DNA from: an uncultured delta proteobacterium | GTDB taxonomy: Bacteria; Myxococcota_A; UBA9160; SMWR01 | Direction: 5' to 3' | NCBI GenBank assembly: GCA_963785985.1 | Contig: CAWAXD010000017.1 | Location: forward strand, 31,085-95,084 | Length of the DNA stretch: 64,000 bases | In this document: piece after piece, positions 7,578 to 18,149 of the stretch | How the letters are laid out: every line of letters begins with the position of its first letter | Numbering within the stretch: the first letter of the stretch is position 1 | Position numbers and translations under genes: made by a program | The notes under the pieces: model-generated | Databases searched by the model: none | Told to the model about the DNA's origin: nothing | The model's input: the letters and a program-made list of their open reading frames with translations, nothing else

Positions 7578-9827
7578 GTGACTCGTGTCCAAATTCCCGT
7601 CGGTATGACGACCGGTTTCAAGATCGACGCGGCCTCTGCCACGGCGAGCGCTGCCTACCACGCGGAGCGACGCCGTCGCTTCGTGGCACGCGCCCCTTGG
7701 GCGTTCGCCGTGCCGGGCGTGTGCGCAGCGATCACGACCGTCTTCGAGGTACTGCGGTTCCCGGAACGGCAGAACTGGGCGCTCGCAGCCGGAGCGGCGT
7801 TCGTGGTGATCCCGGCCGTCGCCCTCGTGTTGGTGCGGGCCTTTCCGCAGCGGCCCATCTGGATCGGGATCGGGGCGACCAACCTGCTCGGCCTGGTCCT
7901 GAGTGCCTATCATGCGATCGTCGGAGCCCAGATCGCAACGAGCATCTGGACCCTCACCGCGCTCCTGGGTGCGGCGCCGATTCTCCTCACTTGGGGGTGG
8001 CGGGCGCAGGCCCTGGCATCGGTCGGGGTGGTGATCGGCTACCCGCTGCTGCTGAACGGCGACACTGCCACGATCCTCACGTGGGCCGCGGGCGGCATGT
8101 ACCTGTGTTGGGTGGTGGGCTTGAGCGTGCTCGCGGCCGGGCTCATCGACCGCTACCTGGCCACTGACTTCGCTCTGGCGAGCGCGCTCTCGGAGCGCGA
8201 GAGCCGGCTGCAAAGCTACTTCGACTTGTCGCTGGTCGGCACGGCGATCCTGTCGCGGGATCGCAGGCTCCTCGAGGTGAACGAGGAGCTGAGTCGAATG
8301 CTCGGCTATGCGCCGGCCGAGCTCCTGCAAGTGACATGGTCCGACCTCGTGCCGTCCTGCGACCGCGAGCCCGACGACGCGCTCTTCGACGACGTGCTGC
8401 GGGGAGAGCGGGCCGCGGGGGTTCGTGAAGGCGCGCTGCTGCGTAGCGACGGTGCGCAGATCCACGCGACCATTTCCATGCGCGGGTTGCCCGGGCCGCT
8501 CGGCCAGGCGGATCACCTGATCCTCGTCGTGCAGGACATGACGGAGCGCTTGCGGGCCGACTTCGAGCGCGAGGACGCGCTGGTCCGCGAACGCTCCGCG
8601 CGCCGCGAGGCCGAGGCCACGAGCCGTGCCATGGACGAGTTCCTGGCCATGGCATCGCACGAGCTGCGCAGCCCGCTCACGCCGATTCTGGGCTGGACGC
8701 GGCTGCTGCGCGCCGGGGGGCTCAGCGCCGAGCGGCAGGGCCGCGCCCTCGAATCGATCGAGCGCAGCAGCCGCAGCCTGTCGCAGCTGATCGACGATCT
8801 GCTCGACGTCTCGGCCATCGCCTCGGGGAAGCTCCGCCTCGCGCTGCGTCCCACGGAGATGGGGTCGATCGTCCGGGCGGCGGCGGAATCCCTGCGCCCG
8901 GCGGCCGAGGCCAAGGGCGTGCGCCTGACGACCCGGCTCGGCAACGGCCACGAGCGCGTGTCGGGCGATCCCGAGCGCTTGCAGCAGGTGGTGTGGAACC
9001 TGCTCTCGAACGCGATCAAGTTCACCGAGCCGGGCGGCGACGTCGACGTGGACGTCGTCGGACGTGAAGGGCACGTCGAGATCCGCGTGCGCGACACGGG
9101 CAAGGGACTCGAGCCCGAATGGCTTCCGCACGTGTTCGAGCGCTTCTGGCAGGCGGATGTGACCACGACGCGGCGCTACGACGGCCTCGGCCTCGGACTT
9201 GCGATCGTGCGCCACCTGGTCGAGCTGCACGGAGGCACGGTGGAGGTCGAGAGCGCGGGACCCGGCAAGGGTGCGAGTTTCAGCGTGCGTCTCCCGCTCA
9301 CGTCGGAGCCGGCCACCCAGGAACGCGCGCCTCGAAGCCAGCTGCCGCGCCGCCTCGAGGGGGTGCGGGTGCTGGTCGTCGACGACAAGGCGGACGCACA
9401 GGAGATTGCCCGCATGTCGCTCGAGCAGAGCGGTGTCGAGGTGCGTACCGCGGGCAGCGCGCGCGAGGCGCTCGAGATCCTGGCGAGCTGGACGCCGACT
9501 GTGCTGGTGTCCGACATCGCGATGCCCGACGAGGATGGCTACGCACTGATCCGTCACGTGCGCGCCCGTGAGACGGCGCACGGTGGCCACATCCCGGCGC
9601 TCGCGTTCACCGCGCTGGCGCGGGCGGAGGATCGCGCCCGCGTGCTCGCAGCGGGCTTCGACGGTTATGTTTCGAAGCCCGTCGACCCGCTGCAGCTCGT
9701 CGACGCGGTCGCGAATGCGGTCGACGGGACAGCCTCGGATGCAGCGTCAGATTGCCCGGGGGCGGCTCCTGCGATGGCTCGCGTCCGGCGCGAATCCATC
9801 CCATCCACCACACCTTCGCCGCGCTAG
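7578..9827 (+). CDS. Membrane hybrid sensor histidine kinase (TM-PAS-HisKA-HATPase-REC)
   Basis: SHELRSPL H-box, NLLSNAIKFT N-box, DTGKG, GLGLGL; receiver VLVVDD...SDIAMP...KP. Confidence 0.93.
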   Translation: MTRVQIPVGMTTGFKIDAASATASAAYHAERRRRFVARAPWAFAVPGVCAAITTVFEVLRFPERQNWALAAGAAFVVIPAVALVLVRAFPQRPIWIGIGATNLLGLVLSAYHAIVGAQIATSIWTLTALLGAAPILLTWGWRAQALASVGVVIGYPLLLNGDTATILTWAAGGMYLCWVVGLSVLAAGLIDRYLATDFALASALSERESRLQSYFDLSLVGTAILSRDRRLLEVNEELSRMLGYAPAELLQVTWSDLVPSCDREPDDALFDDVLRGERAAGVREGALLRSDGAQIHATISMRGLPGPLGQADHLILVVQDMTERLRADFEREDALVRERSARREAEATSRAMDEFLAMASHELRSPLTPILGWTRLLRAGGLSAERQGRALESIERSSRSLSQLIDDLLDVSAIASGKLRLALRPTEMGSIVRAAAESLRPAAEAKGVRLTTRLGNGHERVSGDPERLQQVVWNLLSNAIKFTEPGGDVDVDVVGREGHVEIRVRDTGKGLEPEWLPHVFERFWQADVTTTRRYDGLGLGLAIVRHLVELHGGTVEVESAGPGKGASFSVRLPLTSEPATQERAPRSQLPRRLEGVRVLVVDDKADAQEIARMSLEQSGVEVRTAGSAREALEILASWTPTVLVSDIAMPDEDGYALIRHVRARETAHGGHIPALAFTALARAEDRARVLAAGFDGYVSKPVDPLQLVDAVANAVDGTASDAASDCPGAAPAMARVRRESIPSTTPSPR

Positions 9828-9995
9828 CGAGCCGCTGAACAAGAGCTGGTCGTCCAGCGCATAGGTGCGGGTCTCGAGCCGCGCTAGCCACGTCCTGAGC
9901 GACACCGATCGATCCTGCGGCGTGTCCTTCAGTCGAACGGGCGTCGGTCGATACACGGGATCGACTCGGCGGCATCCCCGGAGAAGGAAGCGACA

Positions 9996-11186
9996 ATGGA
10001 GAGCGGCTCGCTGCCCGTCATTCGGATCGCCGACGCCGGCGAGCTCGCCGACGTGCGGCAACTGATCGAAGAGCTCGGCGTCGAGTGGGTGGCGGATGAC
10101 GAAGCGCAGAATCGCCCCACTGCGCTCTGGATCGGGACCCCGGGCCGATTGATGGCTGCGGGCATGGCCGGCGCACCGGCGGCCTTTCGGATCGTCGTGG
10201 CGGCCAAGATGACCAAGACGTTGCAGCGCCAGCTCGAGCGCCAGCGTCCAGACTTTCTGGTGAGCCGCCCCTTCCACCCGGCGGCGCTCCGGCTCCTGAT
10301 CCTGCACGCGCTCTACGCGGGTCCGGAACGACGCGCATCGGCGCGCCTCGCCATCAGCGCCACGATCCGCTTTCGCACCAGCGTCTTCTCCCGCCACGCC
10401 ACCCTGGTCGAGCTCTCGCGGGGTGGCTGCCGCCTGATCGCGCGGAATGTGCCCGCGCAAGGCGAGGCCGTGACGGTGATCCTGCCGCGCGAGCTGACTG
10501 CAAACGGCGACTTGTCGCTGGCCGGGCGTGTGGTCGCCGCCGATCCTGCCGGCGGCTTCGAGCCCGGCGAGCAGGCGTGCTCGATCGCCTTCGAGGCATC
10601 CGACAAAGAAAAGAGTTGCATCCTGCGCAGCCTGCTCGAGCGCCACGCGCTGGCAAGCGGGTCCCTGGTGCTACGCGCCGGCCAGCGCCCATCCAAGGCC
10701 GCTGCGCCCGCCGCCGCGCGCGGGGCGAGGCCGGCGAAATCTGCGGCTCGACCCGCCCCGCCGGCGTGCGTGCCGACGCCTCCCGCCTCGCGCTCGAGCG
10801 AGCGACGCGCCTCTCCGCGCCAGCCCTACTCACGACCCGTGCTGGCCGCGGGCGCCGGCGCCGCACGCATCCTGATCGGGCGCGACCTCTCGAGCGGCGG
10901 CATGCGCGTGGCGCCCTGCGCCAACCTGAGCGTCGGCGACGCGCTCAAGCTCGTCATCTACGGTCCGGCCGGGCGCCCTCCCCTGGTGATTCGCGCGGTG
11001 GTGTTGCGAGACGACGGCGACGACGGCTGCGTGCTGCACTTCGAGAACGTCGCGCCGAAGACCGCCGCCGAGCTCTGCGAGTGGATGACGCTGCTTCCGA
11101 GCTTCGCCAGCTCGACCGCGGGCGCCGAGAAGGCGCTGAACTCGATCGTCTCGGAGGTCGTCGAGGACCCCGAAGCCCGGAATTAG
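9996..11186 (+). CDS. Tandem PilZ-domain protein with degenerate receiver-like N-terminus
   Basis: Two RxxxR motifs (ERRASAR, ERRASPR), each followed by E/DLSxGG. Confidence 0.8.
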   Translation: MESGSLPVIRIADAGELADVRQLIEELGVEWVADDEAQNRPTALWIGTPGRLMAAGMAGAPAAFRIVVAAKMTKTLQRQLERQRPDFLVSRPFHPAALRLLILHALYAGPERRASARLAISATIRFRTSVFSRHATLVELSRGGCRLIARNVPAQGEAVTVILPRELTANGDLSLAGRVVAADPAGGFEPGEQACSIAFEASDKEKSCILRSLLERHALASGSLVLRAGQRPSKAAAPAAARGARPAKSAARPAPPACVPTPPASRSSERRASPRQPYSRPVLAAGAGAARILIGRDLSSGGMRVAPCANLSVGDALKLVIYGPAGRPPLVIRAVVLRDDGDDGCVLHFENVAPKTAAELCEWMTLLPSFASSTAGAEKALNSIVSEVVEDPEARN

Positions 11187-11211
11187 CGACCGCGCCAGCC
11201 GCCGCCGGACA

Positions 11212-12534
11212 TCACCGGCTCTCTGCTGCCTGCGACGCGTCCCGCGCGGCGAGCTCGGCCGTCGCGAACGCGGCCTGGAAGTTGAGCCCGCCGATGGGAC
11301 CGCACAGATCGAGAATCTCGCCGAACACCCAGAGCCTCTCGATTCCCTTCACGCGCAACGTCGCCGGGTCGACCGCCGCCAGCGACAAACCTCCGGCGGT
11401 GACCTCCGCCTGATCGAAGCCCAGGGTCCCGGTGACGGGAATCGCGAGGCCCTTCACGGCCTCGACGAGAGCGTGACGCCCCGCGCGCGCGAGCTCGTTG
11501 ACGCGCGCTCCCGGCGCCAGGCCCGCCTGCGCGAGGGCGCGCGCGACGAGCCGGCGCGGCAGTGCGAGCTCCGTCGCGAGCGAGGGCGCGAGCAGCGGAG
11601 CGCCGGGCCGCCCGGCGAGGCTCGCGAACAGCGCCTGCAAGCGCTCGCGCTCGAGCGCCGGCGCGAGATCGAGGCGCAGCGAGTGCGCCCGCGCAGCGCG
11701 TCCGCTCTGCCTTGCGCCCGCTTCCTCCCGCGCGACCGGCTCCGAGAGATCCATCGCGCCGGGACCCGAGATTCCCTTGTGGGTGAACACGATGGGCCGC
11801 TTGCGCGCCGCGATGCGCGCGCCATCCGGAGAGCGCAGCTCGACCTCGACCTCCTGCAGCGAGACCCCCGCGAGCTCGCGCACCCACGGCTCCGGGCTGA
11901 CCAGCGGCACCAGCGCCGGAACGGGCTCGACCAGCGGGAGACCGAGAGCAGCCAGCCACGCGTAGCCATCGCCCGTCGTGCCCGTGCGCGGGTAGCTCAT
12001 GCCTCCGGGGCACACACAGAGTTTGCGCGCGCCGAACACGCGTCCGTCTTGCAGGCTCACACGCCACTCGCCGTCTGCGTGCTCGAAGCCGCGCACCGCG
12101 CTGTCGCACTCGATCCGGGCGCCCGCGCCGCGCGCCCAGCGCTCGAGCGCGTCGCGCACGTCGCGGGCACGGTGGCTCGCCGGAAAGACCTTTTCGAGCG
12201 GCTCCGCGACGGTTGGGACGCCCAGCGCTTCGAATCGCTCGCGCACGTTTGCAGGCGAAAGCACGCGCAGCGCACCGCGCAGGAAGCGCTCCCCTGACGG
12301 CCCGAAGAGGCGCGCCGCCTCCTGAGCACCCAGCGTCGTGGTCAGATTGCAGCGCGTGCCCCCGCTCGCGAGCACCTTCGTGCCGGTGCGCGGGGTCTTC
12401 TCGAGCACGAGCACTTCGCAGCCGAGCTCGGCCGCGCGCGCCGCCGCCCACAGACCGGCCGCCCCGGCGCCGATCACGATCAGCTGGGCGCGCGCGTCGG
12501 GGCCGCGGTGCCGGCGCGCAGCGTCGGCTCCCAT
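11212..12534 (-). CDS. HI0933/YhiN (BaiN-like) flavoprotein oxidoreductase
   Basis: VIGAGAAG, KVLASGGTRCNLT, GGMSYPRTGTTGDGY, AEVTAGG and GPIGGLNFQAAFATA motifs. Confidence 0.92.
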   Translation of the reverse strand: MGADAARRHRGPDARAQLIVIGAGAAGLWAAARAAELGCEVLVLEKTPRTGTKVLASGGTRCNLTTTLGAQEAARLFGPSGERFLRGALRVLSPANVRERFEALGVPTVAEPLEKVFPASHRARDVRDALERWARGAGARIECDSAVRGFEHADGEWRVSLQDGRVFGARKLCVCPGGMSYPRTGTTGDGYAWLAALGLPLVEPVPALVPLVSPEPWVRELAGVSLQEVEVELRSPDGARIAARKRPIVFTHKGISGPGAMDLSEPVAREEAGARQSGRAARAHSLRLDLAPALERERLQALFASLAGRPGAPLLAPSLATELALPRRLVARALAQAGLAPGARVNELARAGRHALVEAVKGLAIPVTGTLGFDQAEVTAGGLSLAAVDPATLRVKGIERLWVFGEILDLCGPIGGLNFQAAFATAELAARDASQAAESR

Positions 12535-12671
12535 CACGATGGATCCCTCCGCGCCGGCGCCCGCAGGCATCGATCCCTCCCCGGGAGCGCGTGCAGCGCC
12601 GCCCGGCTACCCAATGGTCGGCAGCGGGGAATCGGTCGAGGCCCCGGCCTTGCCTGAATCTAGGGGGGTCC

Positions 12672-14354
12672 CTGACGCTTCGCAGTCTGCTCGCCATCGC
12701 GCTCCTGCTCCTCACCTGCGCCGTCTACGCTCAGGTGGGTAGCCACGAGTTCGTCGACTGGGACGACCCGGCCGCGATCCTCGAGAACCCCGCCCTGCGC
12801 GCGACGGGCCCCCTCGACGCCATCGAGCGCGCCTTCACGTCCACGCTGAATGCCAATTGGATCCCGCTCACGGTGCTCTCGCTCCAGGCGAGCTACGCCG
12901 CGCACGGGCTCGAGCCCGCAGGCTACCTGTTCGCCAACGTCGCGCTGCACGCGCTCGCCGTGCTGCTGCTGTTCCTGGCTCTCGCGCGCATGACGCGCGC
13001 GCCCGGCGCCAGCTTCTTCGTCGCCGCCTTGTTCGCCGTGCACCCGCTCCACGTCGAATCCGTCGCCTGGGCCTCGGCGCGCAAGGACGTCCTCGCGGGC
13101 GTCTTCTGGATGGCGGCGCTCTATGCCCACGCCCGCCACGCCGAGGCTCCGCGCCGCGGCAGCTCGCTGCTCGTGCTGGCGTGCCTGGCCGGGGCCCTGC
13201 TCTCGAAGCCCACCGCAGTTACACTGCCGTGCGTCTTGCTGCTGCTCGACTACTGGCCGCTCGGCCGCCTCGGCGAGCGCCGCACCTGGCTCGAGAAGCT
13301 TCCCCAGCTCGTGCTCGTCGCCGCGGCGAGCACGACCACCCTGCTCGTCCAGGGCTCGCAGCGGGCCACCAGCTACGGCGAACAGCTCTCGCCGCTGCTG
13401 CGGCTCGCGGTCGGGCTCGAAGCCTTTGCGATCTACCTCGGCCAATCCGTGTGGCCCCGCCACCTCGCCTACTTCTACCCCCACCCGGCCATGCTGGGCG
13501 CGAATCCGCTGCTGCCAGCGGCGCTCGCCGCCGCGCTGCTGGCAGCGCTCAGCCTGGGCGCGCTGGCGCTGCGCCGCTCGCATCCGCACTTGATCGTCGG
13601 CTGGCTCTGGTACCTCGGAACGCTGGTTCCCGTGATCGGCTGGGTGCAGGCCGGGGCGCAGGCGCACGCCGATCGCTACATGTACCTGCCGCTCGTGGGG
13701 CTCTCGCTCGCAGTCGTCTTCGAAGCGCGACGCGTCACGGCGCTGCACCCGCGGGCGCGGAGCGCCGCGGCGGCGGCAGGCGTTGCGATCGTGCTCGCCT
13801 TCGCCGGTGTCGCGTGGCGGCAGGTCGCGGTGTGGCAGGACAGTCTCGCGCTCAAGTCGCACGCCGTGGCGGTCACCGAGCGCAACGTCGTCGCGCTCCA
13901 GGGGCTGGCCGCGGCCCTGGTGCGGGCGGGACGGCTCGACGAGGCTGATCCCTATCTGAAGCAGGCCGCGGAGATCAGTCCCGATGCGGCCGATCCGCTG
14001 CTCGATCTCGCGGATCTCGAGGCGCGCCGGGGCATGAACGAGCAGGCGCTCGCGCTCTATCGCGAGGTGGCGCGTCGACACCCCGAGCACGCACGCGCGC
14101 ACGCCAACCTGGGACTCGCGCTCGTGCGCGCAGGGCAAGCGGCCGAAGCTCGCGACCAGCTCGAACGCGCGCTCGCGCTGGGTCGTCCGCGCAGCGTCGG
14201 CGTCCGCCATTGGGCCGGCGTCGAGCTCGCGCTCGCGCGTCTGTGCGAGGCGGCGTCCGATTTCGAATGCGCTCGGCTCCATTATGGCCGGGGGCTGAGC
14301 GACCGCCCGGATGACACTGCGGCGCGTCAACGCTTCGAAGCCCTCACGCCCTGA
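12672..14354 (+). CDS. TMTC-like GT-C membrane protein with C-terminal TPRs (start uncertain)
   Basis: FVDWDD, NWIPLT, FAVHPLHVESVAW..RKD, ADRYMYLP and WQDS motifs, followed by TPR helices. Confidence 0.85.
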   Translation: MTLRSLLAIALLLLTCAVYAQVGSHEFVDWDDPAAILENPALRATGPLDAIERAFTSTLNANWIPLTVLSLQASYAAHGLEPAGYLFANVALHALAVLLLFLALARMTRAPGASFFVAALFAVHPLHVESVAWASARKDVLAGVFWMAALYAHARHAEAPRRGSSLLVLACLAGALLSKPTAVTLPCVLLLLDYWPLGRLGERRTWLEKLPQLVLVAAASTTTLLVQGSQRATSYGEQLSPLLRLAVGLEAFAIYLGQSVWPRHLAYFYPHPAMLGANPLLPAALAAALLAALSLGALALRRSHPHLIVGWLWYLGTLVPVIGWVQAGAQAHADRYMYLPLVGLSLAVVFEARRVTALHPRARSAAAAAGVAIVLAFAGVAWRQVAVWQDSLALKSHAVAVTERNVVALQGLAAALVRAGRLDEADPYLKQAAEISPDAADPLLDLADLEARRGMNEQALALYREVARRHPEHARAHANLGLALVRAGQAAEARDQLERALALGRPRSVGVRHWAGVELALARLCEAASDFECARLHYGRGLSDRPDDTAARQRFEALTP

Positions 14355-14382
14355 GCGCCCGGCGCAGGGGCTGCGGCGGATT

Positions 14383-14964
14383 TCACTCCCAGCCGAGCCG
14401 CCTGGCGATGCTTTGCCGCGCCTGCGGCGGCGTCGCTGCCGACCAGCGGAACGTCTCGCACTCGACCCGGAGCTTCTCGATCACCCGCTGCTGCGAGGCA
14501 TAACAGCGCACGACGCTCGGCCATTTCTGCGCGCAGGGAAGCTGCCAGTCGACGGCGTCGCAGCCATGGCCGAACTCGAGCCGCGGCGTATCAGGATAGA
14601 TCTGCGCCACCGCGGCATGCACGAGGGCATGGTGCGGGTGCCCGTACTCGCCGTGCGCGTTGTGGCTCACGACGAGCTCGGGCGCCAGCGCGAGCGCGCG
14701 CAGGCCCTGCATCACCGCTTCCGGCGCGATCGAGCTGCGCCCCGAGCGGTAGTCGTCCGGCTCGTCGACCGCGCCGAGGAAGTGCAAACGCTCGCGCGGC
14801 GTTCCCAGCTCGCTCTGCCAGCGCAGCAGCTCGGCTCCGCGCAGCGTGCCGGGAGCCGCCGTGAGACAGACGACGCTCCAGGCGTGCGTGGCGAGCCGCT
14901 GCTGGAGCGCGCCGGCGAAGATCGCGTCGTCGTCCGGGTGGCTGATCACGAGTAGGATGTGCAT
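14383..14964 (-). CDS. PIG-L/LmbE family deacetylase (MshB/BshB-like fold)
   Basis: SHPDDD and GEYGHPHH motifs. Confidence 0.8.
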   Translation of the reverse strand: MHILLVISHPDDDAIFAGALQQRLATHAWSVVCLTAAPGTLRGAELLRWQSELGTPRERLHFLGAVDEPDDYRSGRSSIAPEAVMQGLRALALAPELVVSHNAHGEYGHPHHALVHAAVAQIYPDTPRLEFGHGCDAVDWQLPCAQKWPSVVRCYASQQRVIEKLRVECETFRWSAATPPQARQSIARRLGWE

Positions 14965-15017
14965 GCGCCTGCGCCTCGCGGGGCCGAAGGATAGAATGGC
15001 GCAGCCTGGCTCGCGCA

Positions 15018-16475
15018 GTGCTCGCGCCCGGTAGGGAGCGTCGGCCGGTGCTCTACAACTTCATTGCGCACGAGCCCGCGGTCGGACACCTGGCGCGCGA
15101 GCGCTTCGCGTGCGGCGGCGCAGGCTTCTACGTCGCCGAGCAGACGACGGCCATGAATCGTTTCCTGGCGCGGCCCTCGTCTTCGCGCGCTGGGCCACCC
15201 GAGCGTCCGCGCGTGGGCGTCCTGTGTCCACGACCGCGCGCCGAGGTGAGCCTCCCCAGCGATCTCCCGGTCCGCTATTTCGATCCTGCGCAGGGCTCGC
15301 TCGACGAGCTCGCCGAGCTGTATCCGCGCGACGCCAGCTGGCTCGAGCGCTTCGACCGCCAGCTCGGAAGCTCGGTTCCGATCGCCCATCACCTCGTGGC
15401 GGCCCGCGTCGCGCTCGCGCTCGAGCGCCCCTTCCTGTGCGCCTTCCATTCCGTGTGGCCCGCGGTGAGAGCCTTCCTCTCGCCCGGCGAGGTGGATGGC
15501 CGCGCGAGGCTCGCCGAGGACATTCTGTGCAAGGCGGACGGAATCCTGGTGGCCACCCGGGCCGAGCGCGATCTGATGCTCCGCTCGGCCGCGTCGGAAT
15601 CGCTCCGCGAGCGGCTCGCGCGCGTAGTGCACGTCGCGCCGGGCGGCGTGAACCCGCACCTGCAAGCGCTGGCCCGGCAACGGCGGACGCCGTGGCTGCG
15701 CCAGTTCTGGCGGCGTGCGCTGCTGCCGGGTGTCCCCATGCAGGCGCAGGTCTTCTACACGGTGGGACGCTTCGTCACGCACAAGAACCAGCTGAGCGTG
15801 CTACGCGCCTTTCTCGCGGTGGCGAACGAGCTTCCGAACGCCCACCTGCTGATGGTCGGTCCGCCGGACGATCTCGGCTACGTCGCCATCATCCGACACA
15901 CCCTCGAGTCCGCCCCGGCCGCCCTGCGCGCGCGGATCGTCCTGACGGGCCCGCAGCCGATCGAGGCAGCGCACCTGGCGGGCGACGTGCTGGTCCACGC
16001 CTCGAGCTCCGAAGCCTGGGGGCGCGTGATCGACGAAGCCTTCGTGCTCGGCAACCCGACGGTGTTGGCTTCGCTCCCGATGCTCGCCGAGAAGGCGGGC
16101 TACACATGGCGCGAGCTGCCGGACGGCGCGGGCCCGCGCTCTCGGGCGCCCGCTGCGCGACCTCGCTTCGCGTACGAGCCCCGGGACGATGCAGCCGAGG
16201 AGCGCTCCCTGCTCGTCGATCCGGGCGACCTGGCATCGATTGCGACGGCGCTCGCGCGCGCTGGCTCCGACGCCCGCTGGCGGCGCCAGTGCCATCTCTA
16301 CAACCGCCGCGTCGCGAGCGAATGGAGCTGGAACCGGCGCGTCCAGCGTCTGCTCGCGATCTGGAGTCGTGCGGAGGAGCGCGCCAACGGAAAGCCGGCC
16401 TTCCCCGAGGCGCCGGTCATGCGCTCGTCGCCGCTGCCGACAGCGCGCGGAAGGCGTCGAGCAGCGTTTCGTTGA
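15018..16475 (+). CDS. GT4 family retaining glycosyltransferase (MshA/sucrose-phosphate-synthase-like)
   Basis: FHS...[25 protein letters not shown] and [12 protein letters not shown] motifs. Confidence 0.8.
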   Translation: MLAPGRERRPVLYNFIAHEPAVGHLARERFACGGAGFYVAEQTTAMNRFLARPSSSRAGPPERPRVGVLCPRPRAEVSLPSDLPVRYFDPAQGSLDELAELYPRDASWLERFDRQLGSSVPIAHHLVAARVALALERPFLCAFHSVWPAVRAFLSPGEVDGRARLAEDILCKADGILVATRAERDLMLRSAASESLRERLARVVHVAPGGVNPHLQALARQRRTPWLRQFWRRALLPGVPMQAQVFYTVGRFVTHKNQLSVLRAFLAVANELPNAHLLMVGPPDDLGYVAIIRHTLESAPAALRARIVLTGPQPIEAAHLAGDVLVHASSSEAWGRVIDEAFVLGNPTVLASLPMLAEKAGYTWRELPDGAGPRSRAPAARPRFAYEPRDDAAEERSLLVDPGDLASIATALARAGSDARWRRQCHLYNRRVASEWSWNRRVQRLLAIWSRAEERANGKPAFPEAPVMRSSPLPTARGRRRAAFR

Positions 16476-17415
16476 ACCGGCGGTCGACCTCGTCGCGCGG
16501 CGACGGCGGGCGCGGCGTGTAGCCGCTCGGGATCCCGGGATTGGTATTGATCTCGAAGATCTGGATCCGGCCGGCGACGATCCCATAGTCGGCGCGACCG
16601 TAGTCGATGCCCGCGATCTCGAAGATGCGGGCGAGCTCGGCGGCGTGCGGATTGCGAGCCAGATAGTCGAGCTCTTCCGCCAGCAGCCCGGCATCGAGCG
16701 TAGTCGGCGTCTTCAACATCCAGTGGGGTCCGAAGAAGAGGTGTCCGGCGAGGATCCGACCACCGATACACCATGCGGCGTACTTCCGGTAGAGGCCGCG
16801 CTCGTCGGCGCGAGCGCAGAACTCGGTGATGAGATGAGCGTGGCGGCTCTCGCCCGAACGCTCGAGCGCCTCGATCGCGCTCGCCAGCTCCTCGGGCGTC
16901 TGGAGGAGCGCCGAGCGACTGCCGCCGTGGTCGTTCTCCCGGCGCAGGAACACCGGATACCGCCGCAGCCGGCGCGCTTCCCCTGGCCGGTAGACACCGA
17001 AGTCATTGATCCCCAGCTCTTCGAGCCGCCGCAGCAGTGCGTAGCGCTGGAGCGCGCGCAGCGGATGATTGAGCTGCCTGCGGGCGAGGCCGCGCTCCGC
17101 GAGCCACGACCACAGCACCGCCGCGCGCTCGCGCTCGGGAGTCGTGAGCCGCTCGATGTCCGAGAAGATGAAGACGGCCGGCTGCGGCGCGTGGCGCCGG
17201 AGCGCGCGAAGCGCGTCGAAGGATTCCTCGAGCACACCCCGAAGCGTGTGCCGGTACCTGCGCAACGGAACCCAATCGCGAGCTCGCTGCGCTCCCTCGA
17301 GCACGCTCGCAGGATACGCGACGACGCGCAGCATCGGCGCCAGCGGGGCGCCCCGCGTGCGCAGGAACCGGGTCACCGTCGAATGGTGGTCGGGGGTGAC
17401 GAGGTAGTAGATCAT
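16417..17415 (-). CDS. Divergent ATP-grasp-like hypothetical protein
   Basis: [22 protein letters not shown] and [19 protein letters not shown] motifs. Confidence 0.6.
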   Translation of the reverse strand: MIYYLVTPDHHSTVTRFLRTRGAPLAPMLRVVAYPASVLEGAQRARDWVPLRRYRHTLRGVLEESFDALRALRRHAPQPAVFIFSDIERLTTPERERAAVLWSWLAERGLARRQLNHPLRALQRYALLRRLEELGINDFGVYRPGEARRLRRYPVFLRRENDHGGSRSALLQTPEELASAIEALERSGESRHAHLITEFCARADERGLYRKYAAWCIGGRILAGHLFFGPHWMLKTPTTLDAGLLAEELDYLARNPHAAELARIFEIAGIDYGRADYGIVAGRIQIFEINTNPGIPSGYTPRPPSPRDEVDRRFNETLLDAFRALSAAATSA

Positions 17416-17565
17416 CGTGCGCGCAGCGAATCCGGTCTCGACCTGGACGCTACTCTAGCGGGCTACCGGCCCCGAGCGCGCCGGCGCGTTCCCGGCTGGA
17501 GGCACTACACTCGGGTCGTGTTTCATGCGAGCCGCAGCTCGCACCAACCCAGCCTGGGAGGATTC

Positions 17566-18099
17566 ATGGCCAACGCAACGACGGGCGTGGAGATCGACAT
17601 CGGCATTTCGGTCAGCGATCGCAAGAAGCTCGCAGAGGGGCTGTCGCGGCTGCTGGCCGACACCTACACCCTCTATCTCAAGACCCACAACTTCCATTGG
17701 AACGTGACGGGTCCGATGTTCCAGACGCTGCACCTGATGTTCGAGACCCATTACAACGAGCTGGCGCTGGCGGTGGACCTGATCGCCGAGCGCATCCGCG
17801 CGCTGGGTCATCCGGCGCCCGCGACCTACAAGGCGTACTCCAAGCTCTCGACGATTCGAGAAGAGGACGGAGTGCCCGCGGCGACCGCGATGATCCGCAG
17901 CCTCGTGAAGGGACACGAAGCCGTTGCGAAGACCGCGCGCGGCGTGTTCCCGGTTGCGGAGTCGGCGAACGATCAGCCCACCGCGGACCTGCTGACGCAG
18001 CGCCTCCAGATCCACGAGAAGACGGCCTGGATGCTGCGCAGCCTGCTCGGCGAGGTAGCGATATCTCGTCACTTCACGCGGGCTGCTGCCGTCGAGTAG
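17566..18099 (+). CDS. dps: Dps family DNA starvation/stationary-phase protection protein
   Basis: GGAGG RBS; [26 protein letters not shown] and HEKTAWML motifs. The short C-terminal extension may come from a 1-base insertion near 18054. Confidence 0.93.
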   Translation: MANATTGVEIDIGISVSDRKKLAEGLSRLLADTYTLYLKTHNFHWNVTGPMFQTLHLMFETHYNELALAVDLIAERIRALGHPAPATYKAYSKLSTIREEDGVPAATAMIRSLVKGHEAVAKTARGVFPVAESANDQPTADLLTQRLQIHEKTAWMLRSLLGEVAISRHFTRAAAVE

Positions 18100-18149
18100 A
18101 ATGCGCGCCGCGCTGCTGCGACCGAGCGCTCACGAGGAGAACCTCACCG

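Noticed and set aside
18054-18099. C-terminal extension of Dps
   Set aside because: Removing one G gives GAG-TAG at the usual Dps end; probably an indel error at the edge of the error-rich region.
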